A stretch of 44,135 nucleotides of DNA. Origin: Pseudomonadota bacterium. GTDB taxonomy: Bacteria > Actinomycetota > Actinomycetes > Actinomycetales > Cellulomonadaceae. Position 1 is the stretch's first letter, and the number at the start of each line of letters is the position of its first letter. The DNA lies in assembly GCA_021833345.1 (NCBI GenBank), contig JAKBFW010000001.1, forward strand, positions 1-44,135. Reading direction: 5' to 3'. The position numbers and the translations under genes are program-made. Under the pieces are notes generated by a model that was given only the letters and a program-made list of their open reading frames with translations, did not search any database and was not told where the DNA came from. Positions 18,501-28,456 of this stretch are shown piece by piece.

Positions 18501-21393
18501 ACCGCGTGACCCGGCGCCGGTGATCGCGCGAGACGACGCCGTCACCGTGCGGCCCGGCCAGCAGGTCGAGGTCCACGTCCTCGCGAACGACGTCGATCCC
18601 AGCGGGGGCGTCCTCACGCTCTCCCCGGTCCTCGGCCTGCCGGCCGGGGTGGATGCCCGGGTCGAGGGCCGCCGGGTCGTCGTGCGGGCCCCCGACACGG
18701 CCGGCGTGGTCCCGATCGTCTACAGCGTGTCGAACACCCGCGGCTCGACCGCGACCGCGGTCCTCATGGTCACGGTCGACCCGAAGGCGCCGTACCTGCC
18801 GCCCGTCGCGCAGGACGTCGTGGTGCCGGCGACCGACACGCTCGGTCGCACGAGCGTCGAGGTCGACGTGCTCGCGGTGGCCCAGAACCCCAGCGGGCCG
18901 CTGAGCGACCTCGCCGTCTCGATCCCGGCGTCCGCTGCGACGGTGGCTCGGGTCGACGCGGCGGGCAAGGTGCTCGTGACTCTCGTCGACCACGCCCAGA
19001 CCCTGCCGTACCTGCTGACGAACACGAATCCCCAGGCCGCCGGGGTGAGCACCTACGCCTTCATCACGGTGCCCGCTCTCGGCGACTTCCCGCCGGTTCG
19101 GCGCCCGAAGGCCCCCGCGCTCCGGGTGGCCGCCGGCCAGCCCCTGACGATCTCGTTGGCCGAGCAGGTGCAGGTCGCCCCCGGCAAGGTGGCCCGGATC
19201 GCCGACGCGACGGCCGTGACCGCGACGAAGTCGAACGGCGGCCCGCTCACCGTGGACGCGACGACGCTGACCTTCACGTCCGCGGCCGGGTACGCAGGAC
19301 CCGCGTCGATCACGGTGCCGGTCACCGACGGCACCTCGGCGTCCGACCCGACGGCGCGCACCCAGGTCCTCACCCTCCCGATCAGCGTCTATGCGGTCGA
19401 CGACTACCCGCCGACCTTCGACCCCTCGGTGATCGAGGTCTCGCCCGGTGAGGCGGCGGTGTCGGTCGACCTCGCGGCGTTCACGTCCGGGCCGTCGGAC
19501 GCGAACGGCACGGTCGTCCCGTACGCGTTCCTCCTCACCTCGGCGGTTCCCGCCGGCTTCACCGCGGCGCTCGACGGCTCGGTGCTGCGGGTCACCGCAG
19601 GGCAGAGCACCGCCAAGGGCACGATCGGCAGCTTGTCGTTGTCTCTCGGCTACGGGCGGAGCGGGAGCATGGGCGTCCGGGTCGAGCTGCGGGTCATCGC
19701 GAGCTCCCGGCCGCTCGCGCGCGTGCTCGACCACCAGGTGCCCGACGGGGTCGAGGGGCAGGACCGTGCGGTGGCGGTGCTCGCGGGCTCGTACAACCCG
19801 TTCCCCGACACGCCGCTGACCGTGGTGTCGGCGGTCGTCGAGACCCCGGGGGCCGGGACCGCGGTCGTGAGCGGGAGCACCGTGGTCGTCCGCCCGGTCG
19901 TCGGCTTCATCGGCACGATGGTCACCCGCTACAGCGTCCGCGACGCCACCGGGGACCCCGATCGGGTCGTCGAGGGACGTGTCATCACGGTCGTCCGTGG
20001 ACGTCCGGATGCGCCGACCGCGCCGCGCCGTGTCGAGGTGCGCGACCACACGGTGGTCCTGGCGTGGGACGCCCCGGTCATCAACGGTGAACCGATCATC
20101 GGGTACCGGGTCACCGCGACCCCGACCGCTGGCGGGTCGGCGACGATCACCGACTGCGCGAGCACGACGTGCACCATCGACACACTCACGAACAACGTCG
20201 AGTACACCTTCACCGTCGCGGCGCACAATGCGGTCGGCTGGTCGGACGACAGCCCGTCCTCGGCGCCGACGCGTCCCGACACGCGGCCCGATGCGCCCGC
20301 AGCGCCGGCGCTCGACTTCGGCGACGGCCAGGTCACGGCGACGTGGCAGCCGTCCACGAGCGCGGGCTCACCGGTGACGTCGTACACCGTCGAGATCACC
20401 CCGGCCCCCGACACCGGCTCGGCCGTCCTGACGGCGACGGGAACGACCGCGACGTTCACGGGTCTGACGAACGGCAAGCAGTACACGGTCCGCGTCCGGG
20501 CCGTGAACCGCTCTCCGGACCCGAGCGACTGGAGCCCGTCGTCGGCGCCGATGATTCCGGCGGCGGTGCCCGATGCCCCGGCCCCGGCGGCGACGCAGCA
20601 GGACATCGGCACCTCGGGCACCGGTGTCATCACGGCGACCTGGGCGGCCCCGCCCGGCAACGGCGACACCGTCAGCGCATACGAGCTCACGGTCGACGGT
20701 GGGTCCGCGGTGAGCCTGGACGGGACGACGCTCTCGTACCAGGTCCCCGGCGCCGAGCGGGGTCAGGCGTACACGTTCGCGGTGCGGGCCAAGAACAAGG
20801 CGGGCTGGTCCGCGTGGGGATCCACGACGGGCGAGATCTGGAGCGCGCCCGGCGTGCCGACCTCGGTCACGGCGACGGACGTGGCGGCGGACGGCACAGC
20901 CTGGGGCGCCGGGCAGCTGGCGCTCGCGTGGGTGGCACCGGCGGACACGGGTGGCACCGGGATCGCGATCGACCACTACGAGGTCGAGGGCTACGCGACG
21001 CCGGTCTCGGGCACCACGTTCACCGCGACGAGCCTGATCGGGGGCACCGCGACGACCCTCCGGGTGCGCGCATGCAACACGAAGGCGGCGTGCAGCGACT
21101 GGGCGACCGCCACCGCCACGCCGACGACCGTCCCGCAGCAGCCGACGGTCACGGTCGACACCACGACCCCCGGTGAGCTCACGGTCCACTGGGCCGCTCA
21201 GGGCACCGGCGGTCTTGCGATCAGCGCCTTCCAGTACCGCATCGACGGAAAGCCGGTGACCTGGAAGACGGTCCGGGCCTCAACCGGGTCCGTCACCGTG
21301 CCGATCAGCCCAGGGGACCACACCGTCGAGGTGCAGGTCCTCAACAGGCTCGGCTCGAGCGCGACCACCGGCGTCGCGGTGACGACAGGGTGA
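15550..21393 (+). CDS. Giant surface protein with Ig-like (Big_9/cadherin-like) and fibronectin type III repeats
   Basis: ATGA overlap with the kinase stop. N-terminal TM, repeated DPDGD and LANDVDPSGGVL motifs, about five FN3 repeats (LAWDAP..YRV..YTFTVAAHN..GWS). Confidence 0.9.
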   Translation: MSRAAEARELWARASRRFAAARPGWSGRRWTSAAAVVVAPVVLAVLVVVYPGSPVSRLDLNDGGVWLTNATALKLGRLNSQIDELNGGVVTTTPTFDVLQDAQDVLLSQNGTVARVDPATVTLGPATPVGATTVLTMSAGTVVAVDPADGATRIAGIDSLDRLGPGRAPDLTLGAGGRAVAAVGGVVLAVRASDGRVQRVVRSGDAVTGDVDGTLGDGSAVQLDSLTAVGDVPVGLGAQSLLLPGRSVDLSALGTGLVLQQPGPGSDSVLVAGRTALASVRLDTGTVTRYDTHGSGTPAAPVVVDGCAFAAWASGASNYLRLCPGRSPQVATLEGLASDATVVFRVNRSVVALNDTLRGRLWLPLQDVSAREPNWQDIVPESAPALSSAPADGTRSQQTLATECTPRSAPPTARDDVFGVRPGRTAILPVIDNDSSSDCGILAISEFDPIPASFGTLEPVYGGRALQISVADGATGTVRFTYTITDGRGSNAPSTATVELTVHGAGINAAPVQVRTGTLAVDQGGQGTYAALGDFSDPDGDDLLLLSASATTGTVRFRQDGTVTYLATGASLGRTQVTLVVSDGTVTVTGYLNVDVRAAGSVAPVIDPVLAVTYVDAPVTLHPLDSVRSTSREPAHLAGVNDVPGATITSDLTAGTFTFSAARPGTYYVSFLVTASPQQATGLARIDVREWPAKPDPPIAVRDLALLPPGGEVTVNPLANDVDPSGGVLVLQSVVVPDGSGLRVAVIGHQLLEISSDRVLDGPVRVGYVVSNGVATATSEVVVQPVPASAAQQAPVVENITVAVRTGGVVTIPVLDHAEDPDGDRLTVVRELAEPLGPDQGLLFVTGDVLRYQATDKPMTVHATFGVQDTAGNVTSAQLTVDVHASDATTKSPPRPQDVTARVFQGENIRIPIPLVGIDPDGDGVVLLGEDKAPLKGRITAVGADWIEYEALPGEVGTDSFTYAVEDWVGQRAIGTIRVGISPRPRDPAPVIARDDAVTVRPGQQVEVHVLANDVDPSGGVLTLSPVLGLPAGVDARVEGRRVVVRAPDTAGVVPIVYSVSNTRGSTATAVLMVTVDPKAPYLPPVAQDVVVPATDTLGRTSVEVDVLAVAQNPSGPLSDLAVSIPASAATVARVDAAGKVLVTLVDHAQTLPYLLTNTNPQAAGVSTYAFITVPALGDFPPVRRPKAPALRVAAGQPLTISLAEQVQVAPGKVARIADATAVTATKSNGGPLTVDATTLTFTSAAGYAGPASITVPVTDGTSASDPTARTQVLTLPISVYAVDDYPPTFDPSVIEVSPGEAAVSVDLAAFTSGPSDANGTVVPYAFLLTSAVPAGFTAALDGSVLRVTAGQSTAKGTIGSLSLSLGYGRSGSMGVRVELRVIASSRPLARVLDHQVPDGVEGQDRAVAVLAGSYNPFPDTPLTVVSAVVETPGAGTAVVSGSTVVVRPVVGFIGTMVTRYSVRDATGDPDRVVEGRVITVVRGRPDAPTAPRRVEVRDHTVVLAWDAPVINGEPIIGYRVTATPTAGGSATITDCASTTCTIDTLTNNVEYTFTVAAHNAVGWSDDSPSSAPTRPDTRPDAPAAPALDFGDGQVTATWQPSTSAGSPVTSYTVEITPAPDTGSAVLTATGTTATFTGLTNGKQYTVRVRAVNRSPDPSDWSPSSAPMIPAAVPDAPAPAATQQDIGTSGTGVITATWAAPPGNGDTVSAYELTVDGGSAVSLDGTTLSYQVPGAERGQAYTFAVRAKNKAGWSAWGSTTGEIWSAPGVPTSVTATDVAADGTAWGAGQLALAWVAPADTGGTGIAIDHYEVEGYATPVSGTTFTATSLIGGTATTLRVRACNTKAACSDWATATATPTTVPQQPTVTVDTTTPGELTVHWAAQGTGGLAISAFQYRIDGKPVTWKTVRASTGSVTVPISPGDHTVEVQVLNRLGSSATTGVAVTTG

Positions 21394-21442
21394 GCGCGCC
21401 GCCCGCGCACCCGTCGGCGGCGCACCCGGCCACCGACACGCC

Positions 21443-21489
21443 CCGGACGACCCGCCGATGACCCGCCGGACGACCCGCCGGACGACCGA
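21443..21489 (+). repeat. Imperfect 12-bp tandem repeat x4
   Basis: ccggacgacccg, ccgatgacccg, ccggacgacccg, ccggacgaccga, directly before the moxR SD. Confidence 0.8.
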
Positions 21490-21502
21490 GGAGAGGGACC
21501 GT

Positions 21503-22465
21503 ATGACGCCCGAGCAGAGTGCCTGGTTCGCCGAGACCTTCGATGCCCTCGTGGAGAACGTCGGCAAGGCGGTCCTCGGCAACGAGCACGTCGTGCGGCT
21601 CGCGCTCACGGCGATGCTCGCCGAGGGTCATCTGCTGCTCGAGGACGCACCCGGCACCGGCAAGACCTCCCTCGCGAAGGCGATCGCGGCGACGGTGCAG
21701 GGCACGCACGGGCGCATCCAGTTCACCCCGGACCTGCTGCCGTCGGACGTCACCGGCGTCACGATCTACGACCAGGGCACCGGCACGTTCGAGTTCCATC
21801 CTGGCCCGATCTTCGCCTCGGTCGTCCTCGCCGACGAGATCAACCGGGCGTCCCCGAAGACCCAGTCGGCCCTGCTCGAGGTGATGGAGGAGTCGCGCGT
21901 CTCGGTGGACGGGGTCTCGCACTCGGTCGGACGTCCGTTCATGGTGATCGCCACGCAGAACCCGATCGAGCAGGCAGGCACGTACCGCCTCCCGGAGTCG
22001 CAGCTCGACCGGTTCCTGATCAAGACCTCGCTCGGCTACCCCGACCGCGCGTCCACCGTCGAGATCCTGGCGGGCTCGGCCGCTCGCGACCGGACCGCGG
22101 GCCTGCTGCCGCGGATCACGACGGTCGCCGTCGGCGAGATGGCCGAGATGGCCGCCGGCGTGCACGTCGACGCCGCGATCCTGGACTACGTGGCCGCGCT
22201 GATCGAAGGGACCCGGACCGACCCGCAGTCGGCCGTCGGGGTGAGCGTGCGTGGGGGGATCGCGCTGGTTCGGTGCGCGAAGGTGTGGGCGGCATCGAGG
22301 CGGCGCGGGTTCGTCGTGCCGGACGACGTGAAGGAGCTGGCCCAGCCGGTGCTGGCGCACCGGATCGTGCTCGAGACCGAGGCGGAGTTCGCCGGGGTCA
22401 CGACCCAGGGGGTGCTCTCGCGCGTCGTGGCGCAGACGCCGCCGCCCGTGGTCCGGGTGGGTTGA
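21503..22465 (+). CDS. moxR: MoxR family AAA+ ATPase
   Basis: LLEDAPGTGKT, RIQFTPDLLPSD, LADEINRA and ATQNP...LDRF motifs. GAGGAGAGGG SD before ATG 21503. Confidence 0.95.
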   Translation: MTPEQSAWFAETFDALVENVGKAVLGNEHVVRLALTAMLAEGHLLLEDAPGTGKTSLAKAIAATVQGTHGRIQFTPDLLPSDVTGVTIYDQGTGTFEFHPGPIFASVVLADEINRASPKTQSALLEVMEESRVSVDGVSHSVGRPFMVIATQNPIEQAGTYRLPESQLDRFLIKTSLGYPDRASTVEILAGSAARDRTAGLLPRITTVAVGEMAEMAAGVHVDAAILDYVAALIEGTRTDPQSAVGVSVRGGIALVRCAKVWAASRRRGFVVPDDVKELAQPVLAHRIVLETEAEFAGVTTQGVLSRVVAQTPPPVVRVG

Positions 22466-23614
22466 GTGCGGCGGTTCCTCGCGCCGGTCACACCGATCGG
22501 CTGGGTGGTCCTGGTGTCCGGCGCAGCGGCGCTCGCGGCCGGCCGTGGGCGCGGCTGGGTCGAGGCGGCGACGGCGGGCGTGGTGCTCGTCGTCCTGTTC
22601 GCGGTGTCGCTCGTCTTCACCGTCGGGCGCTCGGCGTACGCCGTGACGCTCGAGCTGGTCGACGCGCGCGTCCGCATCGGGCAGCGCGCGCTCGGTCGGG
22701 TCGAGGTGGTCGCGCACGGGCGGCTCCTCCCCGCCCGGGTCGAGCTGCCGGTCGGTGCGCGGTCGATCAGCTTTGCGCTTCCGTGGATGGTGCCCGGAGC
22801 CGTGCACGAGGACACCTTCTCGATCCCGACGACGCGCCGGGGGGTCATCCGGGTCGGACCGGTGCGGTCGGTGCGCGGCGACCCGTGGGGTCTGCTGCGG
22901 CGTCGTGTGCGGTGGACCGACGCCGTCGACCTCTACGTGCACCCGGAGGTGGTCGCGCTCTCCGGGACGAGCGCGGGGGTCCTGCGCGACCTCGAGGGGC
23001 AGTCGACCCGGGAGCTGTCGAACAACGACATGTCGTTCCACGCGCTCCGCGGGTACGTCGCCGGCGACGACCGCCGCAACATCCACTGGAAGACCACCGC
23101 GCGGACCGGTCGGCTGATGGTGCGCCAGTACGAGGACACGCGGCGGACCCACACGGCCCTCGTGCTCGCCACGGACGTCGAGGACTTCGCCGGCCCGGCC
23201 GAGTTCGAGCTCGCCGTGTCCGTGACCGCGTCGCTCGGTGTCGGGACGATCGTCGACGGGCGTGGCCTCAGCGCATGGGCCGGGGGGACCGCTCTGCGGT
23301 CGGCGAGCCCCGTCCTGCTGCTCGACGACTGCTCCGGCCTGACGTCCGGCGACGACCAGCAACGTGCCCCCGCCCTCGCCGCGCTCGTCGCCCGCCGGGC
23401 CCCCCATGCCTCGGTCGTCCTGCTGGTGGTCGGGTCGTCGGTGTCCGGGAACGATCTCTTGGCGGCCGTCCGGGTCCTGCACGGTGTCCGCACGGTCGTC
23501 GTGACGTGCGCGGTCGGCGAGCCGGTCGCGGCCCGGACCCGAGGCGCGGTGTCGTTCGTGACGCTCGGTGCGCTCGCCGACCTCCCGAAGGCGCTGCTGG
23601 CGGCCGGGACGTGA
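22466..23614 (+). CDS. DUF58 domain protein with N-terminal TMs
   Basis: FHALRGYVAGDDRRNIHWKTTAR..LMVRQYE is the DUF58 signature. Abuts the moxR stop. Confidence 0.92.
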   Translation: MRRFLAPVTPIGWVVLVSGAAALAAGRGRGWVEAATAGVVLVVLFAVSLVFTVGRSAYAVTLELVDARVRIGQRALGRVEVVAHGRLLPARVELPVGARSISFALPWMVPGAVHEDTFSIPTTRRGVIRVGPVRSVRGDPWGLLRRRVRWTDAVDLYVHPEVVALSGTSAGVLRDLEGQSTRELSNNDMSFHALRGYVAGDDRRNIHWKTTARTGRLMVRQYEDTRRTHTALVLATDVEDFAGPAEFELAVSVTASLGVGTIVDGRGLSAWAGGTALRSASPVLLLDDCSGLTSGDDQQRAPALAALVARRAPHASVVLLVVGSSVSGNDLLAAVRVLHGVRTVVVTCAVGEPVAARTRGAVSFVTLGALADLPKALLAAGT

Positions 23615-25938
23615 CCGACCTCGGGAGCGACGTGCGCGCACGAACCGCACACGCCTCGGCCGGGCGGGTCGGTGCTGCGGGGTCGGTCGTCGACGTGCTC
23701 GTGCTCGTCGGCGCGCTGGCGCTGGCTCTGTCGCCGCTCGTCCCGGTGTTCGGCGTGGCACCGGCCTGGCGCACGATCACCGTCGGTCTGGTTCTCGGCA
23801 CGGCTGTCGCGGCCGCGGGTGCCCTGCGCCGGTGGAGCGGTATCGGCGTGGTCGCGGTGGTGGTTCTCGTCTACTTCGGCGTCGGCGGTGCCGTCGCGGC
23901 GGCACGGACGACCTCGCACCTCGTGCTGCCGACGGGCGCGACGCTCACCGGGCTCGCCTCGGGAGCGGTGACGTCCTGGAAGCAGGTCCTGACCCTCGAC
24001 CCGCCTCTCGGTGATGCCGGGACCCTGCTGGTCGCGCCGTTCCTCCTCGCCCTGTGCGGTGCCACGCTCGCGCTGAGCATCGTCTGGCGGGCCCGCTCGC
24101 GCGGTGCGCGGGCGGCCGCCGCGCTCGTCCCGCCGGTCGTGCTCGTCGTGGCGATCCTGCTCGGCACCACGACGGTCGTCGTGCCGCTCGCGGTGGGTCT
24201 GGCGCTCTCGGCCGGTCTCGTCACGTGGGCGGCGTGGCGGTCCGGCGGACTGCAGCCCCGTCGCGTGCTCTCGCTCGTTCTCGTCCTCGGTGTCGCGGGT
24301 GTCTCCGGTGCGGCCCTCGGCCCCGCCGTCACGCAGGGCACGACGCGTCATGTCCTGCGTGACGAGATCACGCCCCCGTTCGACCCCCGCGCCTTCACGA
24401 GCCCGTTGTCCGCCTTCCGACGGTTCGTCAAGGAGCAGAAGGACACCGACCTGCTGACCGTGACCGGCCTGCCGAAGGGCGCGACCATCCGTCTGGCGAC
24501 GTTGGACGCGTTCGACGGCGTCGTGTGGAACGTGGCCGGCGGCGGCGCATCGGGCTCGGGCGAGTTCCGCCGGGTCGGGAGCACGATTGAGGAGTCGGTG
24601 CCGGGTGAGCGGGTGGCGGTCGGCGTGCAGATCCGTGCGCTGTCCGGGGTCTGGCTGCCGACCGTGGGGGACGCGACCGGGTTCCGGTTCACCGGGACCG
24701 ACGCGGGCACCGCCACCGAACACCTGCGCTACAACGACGCGACCGGTGCCGCGGTGCTCACCGGCGGGCTGTCGGACACGGTGTCGTACACGGTCGATGC
24801 GGTGCTGCCGCCCGTTCCGGACGACACCGAGATCGGCAGCGCGCCTGCTGCGGACGTGGTGCTGCCTCCCACGGTCGACGTCCCGGACGTCGTCGGTGTG
24901 CGAGCCGCCGAGATCGCGCGGACGGCGGGCGCGCCGGTCCTCGTCGCGAGGAGCCTGCAGAAGGCCTTGGCCGACGAGGGGTACTTCAGCAACGGCCAGA
25001 CCGATGTCGGGGAGTACCCGTCGCTCGCTGGGCACGGTGCGAACCGCGTCGCGACCCTCCTCGGCGGTGCTCTGATGGTCGGCGACGGTGAGCAGTACGC
25101 CTCGGCGATGGCCCTGATGGCACGGCAGATGGGGTTGCCGGCGCGCGTCGTCCTCGGGTTCGTGCCGTCGGGGCCGCAGGTCGGCGCGTCGTCGATCACC
25201 TTCACCGGTGCGCAGATCCAGGCCTGGGTCGAGATCGCGTTCGCCGGGCACGGCTGGGTGCCGTTCTTCCCGACCCCGCCGGAGAGTCGTACCCCGCAGA
25301 AGGACAACCAGCCGCAGCAGCCCCAGGCCGATCCGCAGGTCCTGCAGCCCCCGCCGCCCCCACCTGCTCCGGTGAGCGCGCCCCACGAGAACACCGAGCA
25401 GCCGCAGACCGACGACCCGCGCCGCGACGGCCAGGGGACGTCGGTGTGGCACACGGTTGCCGTGGTCGGAGCGGTCGCGGCGATCCCGCTCGGTCTGCTG
25501 GTCCTGCCGGTCGCGCTCGTCCTCGGGCTGAAGCGGCGGCGGCGGCGTCGTCGCCTCGAGGCGACGGACCCGGTGCTGCGGGTGGTCGGTGGCTGGTCGG
25601 AGGCGCTGGACGCCGCGCGCGACCACGGGAGACCGCCGCCTCGGCTCGCCACGCGTCGTGAGATCGCGCGGGCACTCGGCGGCGACGGCGCCGTGACGGC
25701 GCCGACGGCATCGTCGGTGCGGGGGAAGACAGCTGCTCCCGCGGGGCCGGGGGGCTGGACCTCGCTCGCCGATCGAACGGACGAGGCCGTGTTCGGCGTC
25801 CGTCCTCCCGATGACGACGCGGTCGAGAAGTACTGGGCGGACGTCCGGGCGACCGTCGCGTCGCTGGGCCAGGGGAGGTCCCGGTGGCGACGCCTGCGGG
25901 CGCAGCTGTCGGTCGCGTCGCTGCGACGTGGCCGATGA
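23611..25938 (+). CDS. Polytopic membrane transglutaminase-like (TgpA-type) protein, apparently catalytically inactive
   Basis: About 6 N-terminal TMs, core EQYASAMALMARQMGLPARVVLGF...AWVEI...GWVPFFPTP, Pro/Gln linker, C-terminal TM. GTGA overlap with DUF58. Confidence 0.88.
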   Translation: MTDLGSDVRARTAHASAGRVGAAGSVVDVLVLVGALALALSPLVPVFGVAPAWRTITVGLVLGTAVAAAGALRRWSGIGVVAVVVLVYFGVGGAVAAARTTSHLVLPTGATLTGLASGAVTSWKQVLTLDPPLGDAGTLLVAPFLLALCGATLALSIVWRARSRGARAAAALVPPVVLVVAILLGTTTVVVPLAVGLALSAGLVTWAAWRSGGLQPRRVLSLVLVLGVAGVSGAALGPAVTQGTTRHVLRDEITPPFDPRAFTSPLSAFRRFVKEQKDTDLLTVTGLPKGATIRLATLDAFDGVVWNVAGGGASGSGEFRRVGSTIEESVPGERVAVGVQIRALSGVWLPTVGDATGFRFTGTDAGTATEHLRYNDATGAAVLTGGLSDTVSYTVDAVLPPVPDDTEIGSAPAADVVLPPTVDVPDVVGVRAAEIARTAGAPVLVARSLQKALADEGYFSNGQTDVGEYPSLAGHGANRVATLLGGALMVGDGEQYASAMALMARQMGLPARVVLGFVPSGPQVGASSITFTGAQIQAWVEIAFAGHGWVPFFPTPPESRTPQKDNQPQQPQADPQVLQPPPPPPAPVSAPHENTEQPQTDDPRRDGQGTSVWHTVAVVGAVAAIPLGLLVLPVALVLGLKRRRRRRRLEATDPVLRVVGGWSEALDAARDHGRPPPRLATRREIARALGGDGAVTAPTASSVRGKTAAPAGPGGWTSLADRTDEAVFGVRPPDDDAVEKYWADVRATVASLGQGRSRWRRLRAQLSVASLRRGR

Positions 25939-26435
25939 CGGGTCCGGGCACGCCCAGACGCACGCCGGAGATCATCGCGCACGTCCCGGACTTCCCGCCG
26001 ACCCCGGTGCCGATCTCCGGGGGAGATGGTCCGTCCGCGGCGGGCGCACCGGGTGTGGGCGACCGTGCCGGGGCGCGAGGGGCCGCGTGCGTGCGCATCG
26101 TCCTGTCCGACGGACGACGGCTCACGATCCGGGGTCACGCCCTGCTCGGGCGCGCTCCGGCACCGGCACCGGGAGAGGAGGTGGCCCAGCTGGTCACGGT
26201 CCGTGATCCGGACCGGTCGGTCTCGTCCACCCACGTCGCGCTCGCAGTCGACGACAGCGGCGCGTGGATCGTCGATCGCGGCTCGACGAACGGGACCGTC
26301 GTGACGCTCCCGGACGGCCAGCAGATCCTCTGCGTGGCGTGGCAGCGTGTCAGGGTGCCCGACGGCGCGCGGGTCCGGTTCGGCGACGCGTCGTTCCTGG
26401 TCGCCATGGACGCGGACGGCATCGGAGCGGGATGA
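25935..26435 (+). CDS. Stand-alone FHA domain protein
   Basis: LLGRAP...SVSSTH...DRGSTNGT...FGD. ATGA overlap with the upstream gene. Confidence 0.88.
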   Translation: MTGPGTPRRTPEIIAHVPDFPPTPVPISGGDGPSAAGAPGVGDRAGARGAACVRIVLSDGRRLTIRGHALLGRAPAPAPGEEVAQLVTVRDPDRSVSSTHVALAVDDSGAWIVDRGSTNGTVVTLPDGQQILCVAWQRVRVPDGARVRFGDASFLVAMDADGIGAG

Positions 26436-26554
26436 GTCCGTCGCGCGGCCGGGATCGACGGCCGTGTGGGCCTCTTCCGATCCGTGGACGTGCTCGACAC
26501 CGGCCTCGAGCCTGCGCGTACAGTGTCGATCGTGTGCTACGCGCAGCACCTGCT

Positions 26555-28406
<1,852 letters not shown>

Positions 28407-28456
28407 GCCCGACCCCCTGCGGGGCCGCGGATGAGATCTGGGGTGGTGGTCGCCGC

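Noticed and set aside
15442-20226. 1594 aa antisense ORF (and 12578-15592, 24729-28466, 21341-23761, 22933-25626)
   Set aside because: Shadow ORFs of high-GC genes. They are Arg/Gly-rich, show no motifs, and lie opposite well-supported genes.
21443-21489. Possible CRISPR array
   Set aside because: 12-bp units with no spacers, and no cas genes in the window.
22273-23610. 1221 aa version of the transglutaminase ORF
   Set aside because: The extension overlaps moxR and DUF58 in another frame. The GTGA-coupled start at 23611 fits better.
10470-26530. Accessory operon as a mobile element or prophage
   Set aside because: No integrase, transposase, flanking direct repeats or obvious compositional shift visible by eye.
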